From sequence record OP558005.1: 64,000 nt of DNA; one strand, written 5' to 3'. The translations under genes and the position numbers were made by a program. Position 1 is the first letter of the stretch. The number at the start of each line of letters is the position of its first letter. Source of the stretch: Klebsiella phage vB_KpnM_VPA32. Shown piece by piece: positions 38,032 to 46,999 of this stretch. The notes beneath the pieces were generated by a model. It was not told the DNA's origin, searched no databases, and worked only from the letters and a program-made list of their open reading frames with translations.

Positions 38032-40287
38032 TTAAAGCTTACATGCAGAACAATCTTCGGCTTTTGGTTTTTCGATTTCAAAATCGTCGTTACCAGAACC
38101 ATCACGAGTGTTATGATAGTACAACGTCTTACCGCCAAAGTACCAGAAGTAAAGCAAGTCGTCCATCATAACAGACATTGGCACTTTACCTTTCTCATAA
38201 TTCTGAGGGTCATAGTAAGTATTAGCTGATGCAGATTGGCATACCCACTTCAACATAATAGCTACTTGAGTCAGATAAGGCTTGTTACCCTGCTTAGCAA
38301 GTTTCCATGCATAATCATAGAGGTCAGCATTCAGTTCAACATTCGGAACTACTTGGTTGAAGCTTCCTTCTTTAGACTCTTTAATAGAGACTGGACCTCG
38401 TGGCGGCTCAATACCGTTTGTGCTGTTGGAAACCTGGGAGGAGGACTCACATGGCATGAGTGCGGACAATGTACTGTTACGGATGCCATATTGCTTGAGT
38501 TCTGCACGGAGTGCTTCCCAGTCACAAACGTAATTCGGGGCCGCGAGCTGGTCAATTCTTTTATTGTACCAGTCGATAGGTAATTCGCCTCGAGACCAAC
38601 GAGTGTCTTTATAATACTCGCAAGGTCCTTTTTCTTTTGCAAGTTTAATTGATGCTTTGATAAGTGCATATTGCAGCCTTTCAAACAGTTCATGAGTCAG
38701 GTCGTTTGCATCAGCGTATGTAGCAAAGTTATCTGCTAACCAAGCAGCATAGTTCGTTACACCAACACCCAATGCTCGACGTTTAAGAGCTTTCAAAGCT
38801 TCTTTAACCGGATAACCTTGATAACTCAAGAGGTTGTCGAGTGCTCGGACTTGGACTTCTGCGAGTTCGTTAATAGTTTCTTGGTCTTGCCAATCGAAGT
38901 TGCCGAGTACGAACGCAGACAACGTACACAGCGCAATTTCTGCGTCTTCTGAGTAGACGTCTTTAGTAGGTAACGCAATTTCTGCGCAGAGGTTCGATTG
39001 CTTAATCGTAGCCACATCACGAATAAAAGGACCATAATTACCAACGTTATCTACGAAGTAAGGGTAAATTCGAGCAGTGCCTGAACGCTCAGTTAAGAAT
39101 AACTCGATCAGTTCACGAGCTTTGACACGCTTCTTACGAACATCTGGATTCTTTTCAAGAGCTTCATATTGTTCACGGAACGCAGCAGCATCTTTGAAAT
39201 AGTTCTCATAAAGGCGACCAGCATCAATGTCCGGAGAGAACAGAGTGATGTAATCATCTTTAATCAAACGTTCAAACATCAGGTCGTTGATTTGAACACC
39301 GTAGTCCAAGTGACGAATTCGGTTTTCATCTACGCCTTTGTTGTTCTTGAGTACAAGGAGGTTTTCAACTTCCAAGTGCCAGATTGGATAGTACAATGTC
39401 GCCGCGCCACCGCGAACTCCACCTTGGGAGCAAGACTTAACTGCTGTTTGGATGTGTTTCCAGAAAGGAATAACTCCAGTATGCTTGACTTCTCCGAAGC
39501 CGATTTTTGAGCCTTCTGCACGAATCATACCTGCATTAATGCCGATACCAGCACGTTTAGAGATGTACTCTACAATTGATTCAGCAGATTTGTTAATTGA
39601 TTTCAGTGAATCACCAGCTTCAATAACAACGCAAGAGCTGAATTGACGAGTAGGAGTACGAGCACCTGCCATAATAGGAGTAGGCAGAGAAATTTTCTTA
39701 GTTGACACAGCATCGTAAAAACGAATAGTGTTCACTAAACGGTTTTCACCATCATCCTGATGCAGAGTCATACCAATGAGCATGAATGCAAATTGAGGGG
39801 TTTCGATGATTTGACCAGTGCTGCGGTCTTTGACCAGGTATTTTTCAATGAGTTGCATCGTACCAGCATACGTCATTTCAAAATCACGGTCATGAACAAT
39901 TTTACTTTCAAGCAGAGCAATTTCTTCAGCAGACCATTTGGCAAGAATTTCTTTGTCGTATTTGTTGTGATTAACACCAAATGAAATCTGGTCAATAAAT
40001 GAACGAGGCTCAAACTGTCCATAAACTTGCTTACGAAGATTGAACATCGCCAGATTACTTGCTACATATTGATAATCTGGTTCTTCAATTGAAATCATTG
40101 AAGCTGCAACTTTAGTAGCTGCGCGTTGAATGTCATAAGTTGTCATTCCATCTTGCAGATGCGGAACGATAGCTTGATATAGCTCATATGGGTCAACTCG
40201 GGTGTTTTCACAACCCCATTCCAGAACTTTGATAAGTTTTTCTGGAGTAAATTCCTGAGAGGTACCACTGGACTTAATTACTTTCAT
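38032..40287 (-). CDS. nrdA: ribonucleotide reductase large subunit
   Basis: 751 aa against T4 NrdA at 754 aa. The C-terminus has Cys pairs characteristic of class Ia RNR. Confidence 0.95.
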   Translation of the reverse strand: MKVIKSSGTSQEFTPEKLIKVLEWGCENTRVDPYELYQAIVPHLQDGMTTYDIQRAATKVAASMISIEEPDYQYVASNLAMFNLRKQVYGQFEPRSFIDQISFGVNHNKYDKEILAKWSAEEIALLESKIVHDRDFEMTYAGTMQLIEKYLVKDRSTGQIIETPQFAFMLIGMTLHQDDGENRLVNTIRFYDAVSTKKISLPTPIMAGARTPTRQFSSCVVIEAGDSLKSINKSAESIVEYISKRAGIGINAGMIRAEGSKIGFGEVKHTGVIPFWKHIQTAVKSCSQGGVRGGAATLYYPIWHLEVENLLVLKNNKGVDENRIRHLDYGVQINDLMFERLIKDDYITLFSPDIDAGRLYENYFKDAAAFREQYEALEKNPDVRKKRVKARELIELFLTERSGTARIYPYFVDNVGNYGPFIRDVATIKQSNLCAEIALPTKDVYSEDAEIALCTLSAFVLGNFDWQDQETINELAEVQVRALDNLLSYQGYPVKEALKALKRRALGVGVTNYAAWLADNFATYADANDLTHELFERLQYALIKASIKLAKEKGPCEYYKDTRWSRGELPIDWYNKRIDQLAAPNYVCDWEALRAELKQYGIRNSTLSALMPCESSSQVSNSTNGIEPPRGPVSIKESKEGSFNQVVPNVELNADLYDYAWKLAKQGNKPYLTQVAIMLKWVCQSASANTYYDPQNYEKGKVPMSVMMDDLLYFWYFGGKTLYYHNTRDGSGNDDFEIEKPKAEDCSACKL

Positions 40288-40585
40288 GCAAATCCTCTAG
40301 CGTAAATGTGTCTTTGAATAGTCTGTTTACTATATGAGCTATTATATCACCATGGCAAGCTTTAGGTTTACAAGTGCATCCTAATCTCATTCCACGGAGA
40401 GTCTCCAGGTGCTCACGTTTTATTTCACCACTCCTAATACGCTTAATGAAGTCCTCTTTAAAGGCTTCAATGGCAGCCTCCCGGCTGCCAGCATTTTTAC
40501 CAACGTCATTACCCCACATTGTACCTCGTTGGATATTAACGTCGAAATCGGAATGGTATTTATTAACCACTCGACAAGCTCTCAT
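40274..40585 (-). CDS. DUF4326-family protein
   Basis: 103 aa. The sequence VVNKYHSDFDVNIQRGTMWGN...LGCTCKPKACHGDII fits the DUF4326 pattern (a WGNPF-like motif and C.C.P..CHGD). Confidence 0.65.
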   Translation of the reverse strand: MRACRVVNKYHSDFDVNIQRGTMWGNDVGKNAGSREAAIEAFKEDFIKRIRSGEIKREHLETLRGMRLGCTCKPKACHGDIIAHIVNRLFKDTFTLEDLHESN

Positions 40586-40815
40586 TTAACTTCCACAATA
40601 AACCATGTATCATGAATTAATTGATTAGATTCAAGTCCGAATTCTTCAAAACCGTGCGCTTTTTCGTATGCATGGACAACGTTACGAACATAGAGACGCG
40701 CTCCACGAACTTGAATAATTGAACCGACCTTTGGAATTTCAGAATCACGGATGTTATAAACTTCTGCGATAGGGTCTTCTTCATTATTTTGAATTACAAT
40801 TCTAAGATGTGGCAT
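40582..40815 (-). CDS. hypothetical protein
   Basis: 77-aa ORF. Confidence 0.4.
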   Translation of the reverse strand: MPHLRIVIQNNEEDPIAEVYNIRDSEIPKVGSIIQVRGARLYVRNVVHAYEKAHGFEEFGLESNQLIHDTWFIVEVK

Positions 40816-41003
40816 TATGCTTTACTCACAATAACAACGCGTTCAGTAGATTCACCAACAATTTCAATGTGATGAGCCAGAACTATATGAAAATAGCCAT
40901 TAATCATAATAGAAGAGTTTAATTTGAAGTCAGCATCGCACAGTTGCTCATCAGTTTGAGCATAAACGATACTTCCCAAAGCATTTGTAAATTTAGTAAT
41001 CAT
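40815..41003 (-). CDS. hypothetical protein
   Basis: 62-aa ORF. Confidence 0.35.
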   Translation of the reverse strand: MITKFTNALGSIVYAQTDEQLCDADFKLNSSIMINGYFHIVLAHHIEIVGESTERVVIVSKA

Positions 41004-41860
41004 ACAGCCATTTTTCCTTTGATTGTTGGGTGACTTTCATAGTTAACTAACTTGAAGTCTTCTATAACAGCAAATCGGTTTATCCACTTAAGCTGAGATG
41101 AAGTTTGCCAGCGCTCAAACTCATTTGGAAAATCAATTTCAAGATTGCAGAGTTCTTTTGGCTCTCGACGAAGAATTTCTTCGCACTGCTCAATATGATT
41201 TGAATAAATGTGAGTGTTGCCGCCAGTAAATACTAAATGGCCAGGTTTTAAGCCAGTCATTTTAGCTACGATATGAATCAAAGCAGCGTAAGATGCAATA
41301 TTGAATGGTAGACCAAGGAACACATCCACCGACCTCTGGTACCACTGGAGGTCCAAGAACCCATTGCGTACGTTGAACTGATATATCATATGGCATGGTG
41401 GAAGCGCCATCTTAGAGAGCTCCAGAGGGTTCCAGGCTGTCACAATTTGACGACGGTCATTAGGCAGTTCTTTAATTCGGTCAATAACTAAAGTCAATTG
41501 GTCAACACCCATAAAGTCTCGCCACTGCTTACCATAAACAGGACCAAGTTCACCATCAACATATCCCATTGACCGTGCTTGATTTTCATAATTGTCGTCC
41601 CAGACAGTTTTACCATTTGTCGGAGAACCATGCTGACGAAGACGCAAATCATTCACGTTTGTTGAACCAGATAGGAACCACAAAAGTTCTGCAATACATG
41701 CTTTCCAGGCAAGCTTCTTAGTAGTTACTGCTGGAAAACCTTGTTGCAAATCAAAACGAAGCTGAGTGCCAAACACAGCACAAGTACCAGTTCCTGTGCG
41801 GTCATCAGTCACGTAACCTTCATCAAAGATATGCTGAATTAGCTGTTGATATTGTTTCAT
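41000..41860 (-). CDS. td: thymidylate synthase (uninterrupted)
   Basis: 286 aa, the same length as T4 TS. The active site PCH is present (..LPPCHMIYQF..). No intron. Confidence 0.95.
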   Translation of the reverse strand: MKQYQQLIQHIFDEGYVTDDRTGTGTCAVFGTQLRFDLQQGFPAVTTKKLAWKACIAELLWFLSGSTNVNDLRLRQHGSPTNGKTVWDDNYENQARSMGYVDGELGPVYGKQWRDFMGVDQLTLVIDRIKELPNDRRQIVTAWNPLELSKMALPPCHMIYQFNVRNGFLDLQWYQRSVDVFLGLPFNIASYAALIHIVAKMTGLKPGHLVFTGGNTHIYSNHIEQCEEILRREPKELCNLEIDFPNEFERWQTSSQLKWINRFAVIEDFKLVNYESHPTIKGKMAV

Positions 41861-42207
41861 TATTTTCCTGGACGAAAGAAGATTTCACGGCCTTGTTTAT
41901 CAAACCGACCAAAAACAGTCATCGTATTACCAGTGATGACTACATTACCTTTAGCAATATGATGAATTGTTTGACGAGTGTTCATCATAATTTTAACACC
42001 TAAACCTTTAGCAATTCTGATGCCTTCATCAGCTGCCCAAGTGTCATTGATTTCTACATCAATACGATACAAGCCATGAGGAATTGTTTTGTATAACTCA
42101 GGCTTTCGCTTATATTGCTCAATAGTAGGAGCATTACCCTCAATTACTAAAGCCCAATTCTTTTGGGCTTCTTCTTGTAACAGAGTCAAATGATTATTGA
42201 TTTTCAT
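41860..42207 (-). CDS. small hypothetical protein, paralog B of tandem pair (start at MKINNH)
   Basis: Full-length similarity to the adjacent ORF A. The C-terminus GNVVITGNTMTVFGRFDKQGREIFFRP matches NGNISFSNGYVTMIGDFFKSGSQVFFNP in ORF A. Confidence 0.45.
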   Translation of the reverse strand: MKINNHLTLLQEEAQKNWALVIEGNAPTIEQYKRKPELYKTIPHGLYRIDVEINDTWAADEGIRIAKGLGVKIMMNTRQTIHHIAKGNVVITGNTMTVFGRFDKQGREIFFRPGK

Positions 42208-42514
42208 ATTGTTCTTCCAAAGGATTGAAGAATACTTGACTTCCACTTTTAAAGAAGTCTCCAATCATTGTAACATAGCCATTTGAAAAGCTAATATTAC
42301 CGTTCATTGAAGCAAGTAGCACTGATTTCATTGAACGACAAAGTTCAATTGGGTTATTTCCATTGCTATCATAGATAGTGTACTCTGCATTACGATATTC
42401 TCTGATATCTTCAATTGCAAAAGAAAATTCGTACACACCGTGTACTTTATTCCAGTTCTTCCACTTCTTTTGAGTCTTATATGCTTCTAACAGACGAAGA
42501 TTATACCCTTTCAT
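42194..42514 (-). CDS. small hypothetical protein, paralog A of tandem pair
   Basis: 106-aa ORF whose start overlaps the frd stop. Confidence 0.45.
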   Translation of the reverse strand: MKGYNLRLLEAYKTQKKWKNWNKVHGVYEFSFAIEDIREYRNAEYTIYDSNGNNPIELCRSMKSVLLASMNGNISFSNGYVTMIGDFFKSGSQVFFNPLEEQYENQ

Positions 42515-43094
42515 AGACAGTCTCCGTCAATGAAGTAAGTTCATCACAACGTACCCAGGAGGTTTCTACCATTTGGAAATCATTAGACCATGAAGGGAAT
42601 ACAATAAAGCTCATGTCCAGAGTGGCATCAGAGTTAACCCGATGTTTCTTCTGTATTGACGTTTGGACAATACGGTCTGCGTATGGCTGAGCCGTCTCTA
42701 GAATCCCCTTGCCACCAATAACAGAATAATCTTGGCCTGGATTGAAAGTAATTGTGCTATTATAAGAAGTATGCGCAGCCATAATATCGCCGCCTAAGAA
42801 TCCAATGAATTCAAGCTCACTTACATAAGCATCAGCGAAGAATCCATTTTTAGCAGTTGCTAATGGACGAGACATATCTTGAACAACAATAGACTTACGT
42901 CCTGGAAGTGGCTCTGGGAAACTCATGAAAGTTTTTGCTCCCATGATGAGAGTTGTGTCTTTAGTGCGTTTTGCAAAGTTTTGCATGTCACGTTTAACAT
43001 GACCCCAAGGCAATCCATCTTTAAGCCCAAAAGCATATTCATTTTGGCCATCAACGGTCTTGGTTGCACAATACGCATAAATTAATTGAATCAT
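42501..43094 (-). CDS. frd: dihydrofolate reductase (start at MIQLIYAY)
   Basis: Resembles T4 Frd (..KTVDG.NE.AFGL.DGLPWG.VK.D.QNF.., ..VNS...LD.SF.., ..MVET.W...DE.T.LTE.VY). The internal ATG has a GAGG RBS. Confidence 0.85.
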   Translation of the reverse strand: MIQLIYAYCATKTVDGQNEYAFGLKDGLPWGHVKRDMQNFAKRTKDTTLIMGAKTFMSFPEPLPGRKSIVVQDMSRPLATAKNGFFADAYVSELEFIGFLGGDIMAAHTSYNSTITFNPGQDYSVIGGKGILETAQPYADRIVQTSIQKKHRVNSDATLDMSFIVFPSWSNDFQMVETSWVRCDELTSLTETVYERV

Positions 43095-43172
43095 TACCCC
43101 TGCCTCATTCCGCATTTAAAGCATTTACCACCAAGTGACCACAACCCGGCACCGCAATACTTACATTCCCAA

Positions 43173-43496
43173 TCAGAAAGAATTCGAATCATAACCAGCA
43201 GCCCTTACAAGACGACGCATCATTTCCATTCCATCTTCAACAGCACCAGCGAGTTCTTCAAATGCTGTTTTAGTGAAGATGAAAGCCGCACCTACTTTCT
43301 GACGCTGAAGATAACCGTTGATGATTTGGTCATCCAGCGGGAAGGTGCCATAGCCGGTTTCAATTATGCCTGACACTCGGTTACCACGGGAGTGTGGGTC
43401 ATACTCCATAGTAATCCAAGATACACCTGGAAAATTCTCAAACTGACAACGTACTTTAACTTTAGGATATGCAATTGAGTGAATATCGTTAGACAT
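43173..43496 (-). CDS. frd.1-position hypothetical protein
   Basis: 107-aa ORF. Confidence 0.4.
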   Translation of the reverse strand: MSNDIHSIAYPKVKVRCQFENFPGVSWITMEYDPHSRGNRVSGIIETGYGTFPLDDQIINGYLQRQKVGAAFIFTKTAFEELAGAVEDGMEMMRRLVRAAGYDSNSF

Positions 43497-43780
43497 TATT
43501 TTGGCTCCTTTTTAGCAATTTTCCAGGCAGATTTGAAAGCTTCGACTTCAGAAATTTCAATCCAAAAACCGCTACCAAAGCCATCGTCATAGCAGGGACA
43601 GCCATCGCAGTAATGGTCCCAAGTAAGTACCAGACCATCACCACGAACAGCACCAGTTTCCATTTCGCGAAGGCGGTCTTCAGCAGCTTCAATAGCTTCC
43701 GGGTCATTCCCTTCGATGATAAAGTACCACTTGCCATTGTATTCACTTCCGAGTTTAATTGATTGACGTTGAAGTTTCAT
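43496..43780 (-). CDS. frd.2-position hypothetical protein (start at MKLQRQ)
   Basis: The track start lies inside the promoter. The internal ATG has a GGAG RBS. A Cys cluster CDGCPCYDDGFGSG is present. Confidence 0.4.
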   Translation of the reverse strand: MKLQRQSIKLGSEYNGKWYFIIEGNDPEAIEAAEDRLREMETGAVRGDGLVLTWDHYCDGCPCYDDGFGSGFWIEISEVEAFKSAWKIAKKEPK

Positions 43781-43805
43781 TTTATTCTCCTTTGTTTTGA
43801 TAGGG

Positions 43806-43839
43806 CTATAGTAACACACTATAGCCCTGATGTAAACGG
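43806..43839 (-). promoter_or_regulatory. early promoter
   Basis: Minus strand reads AACCGTTTACatcagggctatagtgtgtTACTATag. The -10 sits inside a 10-bp inverted repeat, AGGGCTATAG/CTATAGCCCT. Confidence 0.5.
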
Positions 43840-44118
43840 TTAGTCGTCTACTTTTAGCAACTTTTTGAAAGCATCAAATGATTTCATGTGCTTTGGCTCA
43901 AGATACACATGCTTAACCATCTTGCCTTCAAGGGAGAAGACTTCAACTACCATGTCATAACACTCGTCTTCAACGAGATGCATGCATTTTGGAGTACAAG
44001 CTTTGTCAAACAACTGAACTAAATTGTTGCCAGCCCAAATGTTTTTGCTGCCGTCATAGCTATAATCTTCAGAAAGAACATAAAACATTTTAATCTCCAA
44101 AGGGCCCGAAGGCCCCAT
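43840..44118 (-). CDS. frd.3-position hypothetical protein
   Basis: 92-aa ORF. Confidence 0.4.
   Translation of the reverse strand: MGPSGPLEIKMFYVLSEDYSYDGSKNIWAGNNLVQLFDKACTPKCMHLVEDECYDMVVEVFSLEGKMVKHVYLEPKHMKSFDAFKKLLKVDD
44101..44116 (-). terminator. UUCG-tetraloop terminator
   Basis: AGGGCCCGAAGGCCCC. Confidence 0.5.
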
Positions 44119-44120
44119 TA

Positions 44121-44393
44121 TTAAGCGGTGTAATCTTCCATCATTTCCATGATGTATTCATAATCTTCTTCGTCTTGGGCATAAAAATCTTTAACCCAAA
44201 GACCGATGTCTACTTGATGACCAATTAATTTAATTTCTGGCCATCCGCCGCCTTGACCACTTTCATTTACAACTTCAAATTTCAAACCACTAAATGGGCT
44301 ATTGAAACGAGAGCCGTCATCAAACTCTAAATCAACTACTTTACCGTTTTCTTTAACGAGGTCGCATACAATGTCAATTACAAGTTGTTTCAT
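44121..44393 (-). CDS. small acidic hypothetical protein
   Basis: 90-aa ORF. Confidence 0.4.
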   Translation of the reverse strand: MKQLVIDIVCDLVKENGKVVDLEFDDGSRFNSPFSGLKFEVVNESGQGGGWPEIKLIGHQVDIGLWVKDFYAQDEEDYEYIMEMMEDYTA

Positions 44394-44423
44394 TTTGATT
44401 TACTCTCTGTTGTTTTGATAGTG

Positions 44424-44457
44424 CTATAATACCACATCCATGTGGTGATGTAAACGG
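44424..44457 (-). promoter_or_regulatory. early promoter
   Basis: Minus strand reads AACCGTTTACatcaccacatggatgtggTATTATag. Confidence 0.5.
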
Positions 44458-44682
44458 TTAGTTGCAAATTTCAGAAATAGTGTCAGCCAAGAATTCGCCA
44501 GTTTCGTCAGCGCCTACACAGTAAGATTCAGTTAAGAATTTTACAATTTTCTCACGAGGACCTAATACTTTGTATTCATATCCCCATTCCACATCACCCG
44601 CTAATTCACAGTTCAAACCAAATTTTTTAACTTCACTTTCGAAATGTTCTTCATCTGCAACGCCGAGATAGATATGTGCCAT
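44458..44682 (-). CDS. small acidic hypothetical protein
   Basis: 74-aa ORF. Confidence 0.4.
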   Translation of the reverse strand: MAHIYLGVADEEHFESEVKKFGLNCELAGDVEWGYEYKVLGPREKIVKFLTESYCVGADETGEFLADTISEICN

Positions 44683-44712
44683 TTTGTTTTACTCCGTTTG
44701 GTTGGTGTAAGA

Positions 44713-44746
44713 GTATAGTAACACAGCTTAAAGCGGATGTAAACGG
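44713..44746 (-). promoter_or_regulatory. early promoter
   Basis: Minus strand reads GCCGTTTACatccgctttaagctgtgtTACTATac. Confidence 0.45.
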
Positions 44747-44751
44747 CAGAA

Positions 44752-44815
44752 TTAACGTAACGTAAAAGTTACTTTAGGTGGGAATTGGGAGGTTAATGTA
44801 ACGTAAAAGTTACTT
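44752..44815. repeat. two copies of a 23-bp repeat TTAA(C/T)GTAACGTAAAAGTTACTT, each carrying the palindrome GTAAC-N6-GTTAC
   Basis: Copies at 44752-44774 and 44793-44815 differ by one mismatch. They are intergenic, between the gene 32 terminator and the next promoter. Confidence 0.6.
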
Positions 44816-44821
44816 AGTTCA

Positions 44822-44851
44822 AAAACAACAAAAGGAGCCCGAAGGCTCCTT
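44822..44851 (-). terminator. UUCG-loop terminator after gene 32
   Basis: AAGGAGCCCGAAGGCTCCTT followed by a U-tract on the minus-strand transcript. Confidence 0.6.
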
Positions 44852-44858
44852 CTTTTTA

Positions 44859-45779
44859 TTACAGACCGTTCAGCAGTTCGTCGAGGTCTTCATCACCGCT
44901 GGAGGCAGAACCGCCAGTTTCCATGAAATCTTCAGCTGGTGCTGATTTCTGAGAACCTGCGTTAAAGCTCGCGAGGTCATCTTCAAAGTTTTCCAGGTCT
45001 TCACCAACCTTATCAGCCTGAGCAGATGCGCGAGACGCGGCAGTACCCATAGCAGCTGTACCCATAACCTGAAGGAATTTCTTCTGGTTATCTTCGAAAG
45101 ATTTGAACTGGTCTTTCGCAGTCAGAGTAGACAGGTCAACCATTTGTTCCTGCAGCTGTGCTTGATAAGCTTCATCTTCGATATTAGGAATCTCAGATTG
45201 ACCAAGGAACTTGGATTCATCGTAGTTGCTGAAACCAGATACTTTCTTAACTTTCAGAACGAAGTTAGCACCTTCAAACGCACAAGTTACGTCGATTGGA
45301 GTTTCGCCCATTTCAACGTCAACGGCAACCATTGCATTGATTTTGTCCCAAATTTTCTTACCGAAACGATATTTGAAGACTTTACCTTCGTTTTCTGGAG
45401 CAGCCGGGTCTTTAACAACCAAGATGTTCGCGTAGTAAGAAGTTTTGCGTTTCAACAGCTTGTATTCTTCGTTGTTGGTGTTATATGAATCATTCTTGGA
45501 CAGATATTGACATACTGGGCAAGAATCATAATCACCATGGGTAGAAGTACAGTTTTCAATGTACCATTTACCACCTTTCTTGAAGCCGTGATTCACCAGA
45601 ACAGCGAATGGTACGCCTTCATCACCTTTACCTGGCAGGAAACGGATGACCGCTTGACCGTTACCAGCATTATCCAACTTCAGTTTCCATTCACCTTTAT
45701 CTTCGGAATTGAAACCTTTAGAACCAGACAGGGAAGCCAGTTGGGAAGCCAGGGCAGCAGGATTTTTACGCTTAAACAT
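44859..45779 (-). CDS. 32: single-stranded DNA-binding protein gp32
   Basis: 306 aa against T4 gp32 at 301 aa. Nearly collinear with T4 (..[21 protein letters not shown].., ..[40 protein letters not shown].). Confidence 0.95.
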   Translation of the reverse strand: MFKRKNPAALASQLASLSGSKGFNSEDKGEWKLKLDNAGNGQAVIRFLPGKGDEGVPFAVLVNHGFKKGGKWYIENCTSTHGDYDSCPVCQYLSKNDSYNTNNEEYKLLKRKTSYYANILVVKDPAAPENEGKVFKYRFGKKIWDKINAMVAVDVEMGETPIDVTCAFEGANFVLKVKKVSGFSNYDESKFLGQSEIPNIEDEAYQAQLQEQMVDLSTLTAKDQFKSFEDNQKKFLQVMGTAAMGTAASRASAQADKVGEDLENFEDDLASFNAGSQKSAPAEDFMETGGSASSGDEDLDELLNGL

Positions 45780-45789
45780 ATATTTTACC

Positions 45790-46443
45790 TTAATATTTAC
45801 AGTTTTTGACAGTTTTTATGAACAGTTGTTTTGCTTCTTCGCGGTCAACATTAAGTATCTTTCGATACGCATGTAACTTTGTAGAGTAGTTTGACCAGAC
45901 CAGATTATCAGTTGCTTGGTCATGTTTATTTATAATGTCCAGAAACGAGTCCAGAATTATAAAAGTCTCGAAAGAGATGATATTACTTTGAAGTAATTTG
46001 AATATGTATGACGAGTTAACCTTATCATTATAATCAAATAATTCATTAAGCGATTTAACTTCAACTTTCTTGCTGAAATAGTAAATATTGCGAACGTCTT
46101 CTTCGAAGTTCGACTTGATTAATTTCAGCTTACCAATATATTCACGATAAAACACTAACGCATCTGCATCGGAAATTTCACCAATCCAGGCGTCCTGGTT
46201 AGCTACCAGGTTACTGATGAATATCAAGGTCAATTCTTTTAATGTGTACTTCTCAGATAACTTCTTGAAGAAGTATTTGTCACGACGTTTATCGTAAGCC
46301 TTATCTGATACTCGCATGCACCAGTTGTACTTGACAACATCATATCGACCGTTGAAGTGATTCTTCAACATCAAGTACAACTTGTACACAGACTTACCGT
46401 CGATATATCGTCCACCATTTGGTGGCATGCGCAATTTAATCAT
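45790..46443 (-). CDS. 59: helicase loader gp59
   Basis: 217 aa, the same length as T4 gp59. Begins [25 protein letters not shown]. Confidence 0.9.
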   Translation of the reverse strand: MIKLRMPPNGGRYIDGKSVYKLYLMLKNHFNGRYDVVKYNWCMRVSDKAYDKRRDKYFFKKLSEKYTLKELTLIFISNLVANQDAWIGEISDADALVFYREYIGKLKLIKSNFEEDVRNIYYFSKKVEVKSLNELFDYNDKVNSSYIFKLLQSNIISFETFIILDSFLDIINKHDQATDNLVWSNYSTKLHAYRKILNVDREEAKQLFIKTVKNCKY

Positions 46444-46739
46444 AACAGGAAATCGAGTGTATTTGTCTTTTGCTGTTTACTAAAGGATGGACGCAATAAA
46501 TTATCGTCTAATGCTTCGCTCATAATCTTTTCAATTATATTACCAGGAATATATTTAGCGAATGCAGTTTCAGGGAAAGAATTCTCTTCTAACCAGTGTG
46601 TAGCAGCTTCAAGATAACTCATTCCGTGTTCATTAACTAAAGCTTCGATAGCGAAGCCATTGTTCTGTTTATCTACTAATGTAGTAACAGAATCCGGCTT
46701 TTCAGCCGGAGTTTCATCATTTAGGGAAAACAGTGTCAT
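46440..46739 (-). CDS. 33: late transcription co-activator gp33 (start set at MTLFSLND)
   Basis: The C-terminus ..[19 protein letters not shown] resembles T4 gp33. Synteny 59-33-dsbA-rnh fits. Confidence 0.65.
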   Translation of the reverse strand: MTLFSLNDETPAEKPDSVTTLVDKQNNGFAIEALVNEHGMSYLEAATHWLEENSFPETAFAKYIPGNIIEKIMSEALDDNLLRPSFSKQQKTNTLDFLL

Positions 46740-46992
46740 ACAGCTCAATCGCCTCTTCAGTTTCAGCTTCAAATTCATCACGAGCAGATTTGAAGTACAG
46801 AGTCAGCAGTCGGTTAAACATCTTACCGTCAACGCCAAGTTCATCTTTGGCACGGTCACGGATGTCTTTGATTAGAACCTGGAAACCAGAGATTTTCAGT
46901 TTATGGTCAGCAGCTTCAACAATTAGTTTCTTGAGGTCAGCACCATGCACTGCTTCGTCAAATTCAACTGGTTCTTTCTTTTCTTTAGCCAT
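46717..46992 (-). CDS. dsbA: dsDNA-binding protein DsbA-like (by size and synteny)
   Basis: 91 aa against T4 DsbA at 89 aa, between 33 and rnh. Confidence 0.5.
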   Translation of the reverse strand: MAKEKKEPVEFDEAVHGADLKKLIVEAADHKLKISGFQVLIKDIRDRAKDELGVDGKMFNRLLTLYFKSARDEFEAETEEAIELYDTVFPK

Positions 46993-46999
46993 AATTTCC

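Noticed and set aside
36419-41860. Group I introns or intein insertions in nrdB, nrdA and td, as in T4 nrdB and td
   Set aside because: All three ORFs are continuous and of full T4 length. No HEG ORF is embedded in them. The only HEG-like gene is the free-standing one at 11645-12238.
43489-43746. 85-aa minus-strand ORF
   Set aside because: It is an alternative frame fully inside the 43496-43780 gene. Hydrophobic low-complexity content suggests an artefact.
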